A DNA stretch of 64,000 nucleotides from Selaginella moellendorffii. Its lineage: Eukaryota > Plantae > Lycopodiophyta. The stretch lies in the NCBI RefSeq assembly GCF_000143415.4, contig NW_003314276.1, positions 1,786,107-1,850,106 on the forward strand. The letters are read 5' to 3'. The notes beneath the pieces were generated by a model. It worked only from the letters and a program-made list of their open reading frames with translations, was not told where the DNA came from and searched no databases. Below are positions 61,027-64,000 of this stretch, piece after piece. Position 1 is the first letter of the stretch. Each line of letters starts with the position of its first letter. The translations under genes and the position numbers were made by a program.

Positions 61027-61409
61027 ATTAGGCATAATAGATTGAAATAGCATGATTTCCATAATAGGTGTGAATGGTTGGGCAAGAAAGTCAAAATTTG
61101 CTAGTCATAGTCAAAGTAACAAAAAAATATTCAATTTATGCTATTTTATTAAGGTTATTTAGGGAGTACTTTCTTATCTATATTGCATCATGTATATATA
61201 GTGAATTTTTTTATTTGTTTTTACATTTATCCACTAAATATAAATATAATTGTTAAATGATATTATGATAAAATAAAGTTGCTATTTTGCCTTTATCCTG
61301 TAATATTGTGACTTAGGACTTAACTACACCTAACACATGACTAATCAAAAAAATATATATATATCTATAAGCCCTTTACTAAGAAAAATATATACACATC
61401 CAATATCTT

Positions 61410-63208
61410 AAAGGTGGCATGGTTCTGGTCGGCTATTTGATCGGCATTTATAAAGATCCCATGGAATCCATATGGAACTCTAGCAGGCAACTCTATAGAA
61501 GCCACTGTCTCAAGTGTGGGCGATTTGGCATCCATGACCAAAAGCTCCGAGACACCACTTTCCTCATTGTGGACGTAGCTTAAGACGTATCCATCGTCTT
61601 CCTCCTTGCCATTGGCCACAAAGAAAGGCTCGCCACAAAACTTACCACGTTCGAATCTCCTCGACGCCACAACGCACGGCTCGTTTAGATCCGGGTCACT
61701 TGTTCCATCGATTACCACCTGGGCAGCCGTTGAGCGTCCAAATCGACTTTGGCCAGGCCCGAGATTTTGGGCCATGGCCCATAGTAGCACATGTATACGT
61801 ACCGATTCTTTCGCCCCAGGAATTTCTGGTTGATCTGTCCAAAATCCAGTCCGGCCGAGCACACGTGTTGCTTCCACGACCGTCCAGATCGAAGGTCGAG
61901 GTGGATCTCGTGCAATCTGTTGGACAATCCGGCGATATCGTCAAACAAATGTTCCACAGGCGTAATGGACGAGCTGAGCACGACGATCTTGTCCGTCCCT
62001 TCCTCCCAGGCGTTGATGTAGTGGAATGATGTCCAATCCGGGACGTCGATCCAGCGAATGCCAAAAGATCCCACGGTCGGGATGCGAGGGATCACCCCGA
62101 ATCTAGGAACCTTGGCGGTATCTTCATCAATGACAAGTTTGTTCTTGAGCACTACATCCTGGAACTTCATCACGAGCTGATTCTCTGGAAGGATTGCGTA
62201 GTTCTCTGTTATCGCGAAGTCGTGAAACAAGCACGGGTCCGGCAGCCACACGTCGAAATCGGGGCTCTTCCTCCCGTCCGGGCTCGCCCAGAAGTAGCGG
62301 AGGTGGGGATTGATCACCGGATTGAAGCTAACCGCGAAGAGCTCGCCAGAGATTGGATCGATCTTTGGATGAGCGCACATCGGCAAGAACAATCGGTTGT
62401 TGAAGCTGTAGCGGCCCATGGTGATCAAATCCCCTGCTGGGGTGATACTCACGGCATATGGCATATCATCCTCGGACATGGCCAGAATTCGGCGATCGAA
62501 GTAGGCCATCCCAGCGTTGGAGGTTCCCATCCCGCCCAAGATATTGATCAGGCCCAGAGCCGTGCGCATCACAAACAGCCCGAATCGTGCGAGCCCAGCA
62601 TAGCTGCTCATGGTGCCCAGTGTGTAGGGGAAGAGAGGCTTGCCCGCTGCTTGCTCCTGGACGAATCGATTGTTCTGGGTGAATCGCGCGCAGTAGACTG
62701 GAGCTTGATCCTCTTCATCACCGAACTTGACAGAGTGGAGCATCCCATGGCCATCGAAGTAGTGGTAGCCGGCGGGAGGGGGATGGAGTGGATTGGAGCC
62801 ATTGCGGATGTAAGCACTGCCGCGGAGGCAGCGAGGGATCTCGCCAGTGACTCGGCGGCACGGCGTTGGCGGGAACTCTCCAACCGGCGCGAAATTGTCC
62901 GCGAGCTGGATCTGGGGGTCTTGCGAGGGAGGGAACTCGCGGGGATCGATGTACGTGGCGATGAGATTCTCCACAGTGTCGCACAGGGCTACCGCCGCCG
63001 CCCGCACCTCTTCTATTGGATTGGGGATTGAGAATCCAGGGGTATTGATATACTTGCGAGAGGATTTGGTGGCGGTGGCTGTGATCCTTGATGATCTTTT
63101 CCTGGGTGGAGCTGGGAAGGAGAAGTTGGTAAGGCTATAACCAATATCAATCCCAACTGTGGCATGCATTGAGGAACAATCAACGACTAAGACCAGTGGC
63201 ATTGGCAT
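61410..63208 (-). pseudogene. Near-full-length CCD with a 1-bp frameshift and lost stop codon
   Basis: 498-aa ORF ends at LPRW because one base is missing near 61719. The C-terminus continues in another frame and is fused to the AT-rich block at about 61410. Could also be a sequencing error. Confidence 0.85.
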
Positions 63209-63394
63209 ACATAACTACATTGATCCCTCCAATCGAATTTCAGAGCTATGGATTGGATGCTCTGTGCCACACCTCTCGCATAGATAAGATCATATTGTAG
63301 GGCTGAGGTGGAGAATGTTACTAGCTACTTGGGATGTGGGACAATCAGGGGTTGGAAACAATGCGCGTGAGACCAATAATTGTGTGTCGGTATG

Positions 63395-63738
63395 TTGGTT
63401 GTTGTAGAAACAATCATCAATTCGGCATGATCAACATTACTTTTATCTTTGCACCTTGCATAGCAGACCACCTTTGGGATGGTTTCATTGTTATACATGA
63501 AACCTATGGGCGTGCATGTCTCTAAGAATTTTTCCCCGCCACACTTTAAATTCCCATTATCATTGTGGATGTGAGTGTTCAAGACCAAATATCGAGGGAG
63601 ACACCATTCTACACGAATAATGGTTGAGCTGAATTCAGCTATAGCACAAGTAAGTGAGAAATTCCCACACCCAAATGTTTTAGGAATGATCAAAGCAGCA
63701 AGCGAGGCAACAATAGAAACTATCAATCGCACACCCAT
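63395..63738 (-). pseudogene. Third CVNH copy, 3' frameshifted and truncated
   Basis: MGVRLIVSIVAS...GNFSLTC...LNTHIHNDNGNLKCGGEKFLETC...ARCKDKS. Frame lost near 63425, then joins the CCD promoter. Confidence 0.8.
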
Positions 63739-63854
63739 TCTAAAAATTAGTTTTTTGAAGTACAAACGCTGAGATTTATTGGCAAGTGAAAATCCAATCA
63801 ACCTAAATTTTTTTGCCATGTAGTCCACGTAGCTAAATATTCTTATTGATGAAC

Positions 63855-64000
63855 GAACATTGGGGTTGTCAAACATTCTCTTCGCAAAAAGCACAATTTC
63901 GGGCAAGAGCACAATCTGCTATCACGCTGTGATTGGCATTGTTTCGAACGCTTCCTCCAACTTCTGGTAGTTAACATACCCTGTCAGCATGGCGGTCCAC
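63855..64000 (-). pseudogene. PPR remnant
   Basis: WTAMLTGYVNYQKLEEAFETMP. Homologous to 52830-53000. Confidence 0.7.

Overview
Eukaryotic plant nuclear DNA, not prokaryotic. Short GT-AG introns, very short intergenic spacers, many 31-aa-repeat PLS-type PPR genes and plant CVNH genes suggest a lycophyte such as Selaginella (inference). The first 23 kb hold a partial nsLTP, a plastid rhodanese, two PPR genes, two tRNA-Ala genes (UGC and CGC), RHL1 plus a pseudocopy, four LURP-one-related genes (one hit by a MITE), an NCED/CCD4-clade carotenoid cleavage dioxygenase (CCD) and an NPF transporter. From about 24 to 64 kb lies a tandemly and inversely duplicated module: CCD, a convergent PPR, and a secreted cyanovirin-N-homology (CVNH) lectin gene immediately upstream of the PPR. 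This region contains 3 more intact CCDs, at least 5 CCD pseudogenes, 1 intact and many decayed PPRs, 2 intact CVNH ORFs, a 3x repeated AT-rich block, a solo LTR with TSD, and a CWC25/NPF chimeric junction. The most notable items are the CVNH-PPR coupling (with a conserved splice-acceptor-like motif and reciprocal gene loss) and the expanded CCDs with mixed NCED/CCD4 signatures. Pseudogene and fragment boundaries are approximate, read by eye.
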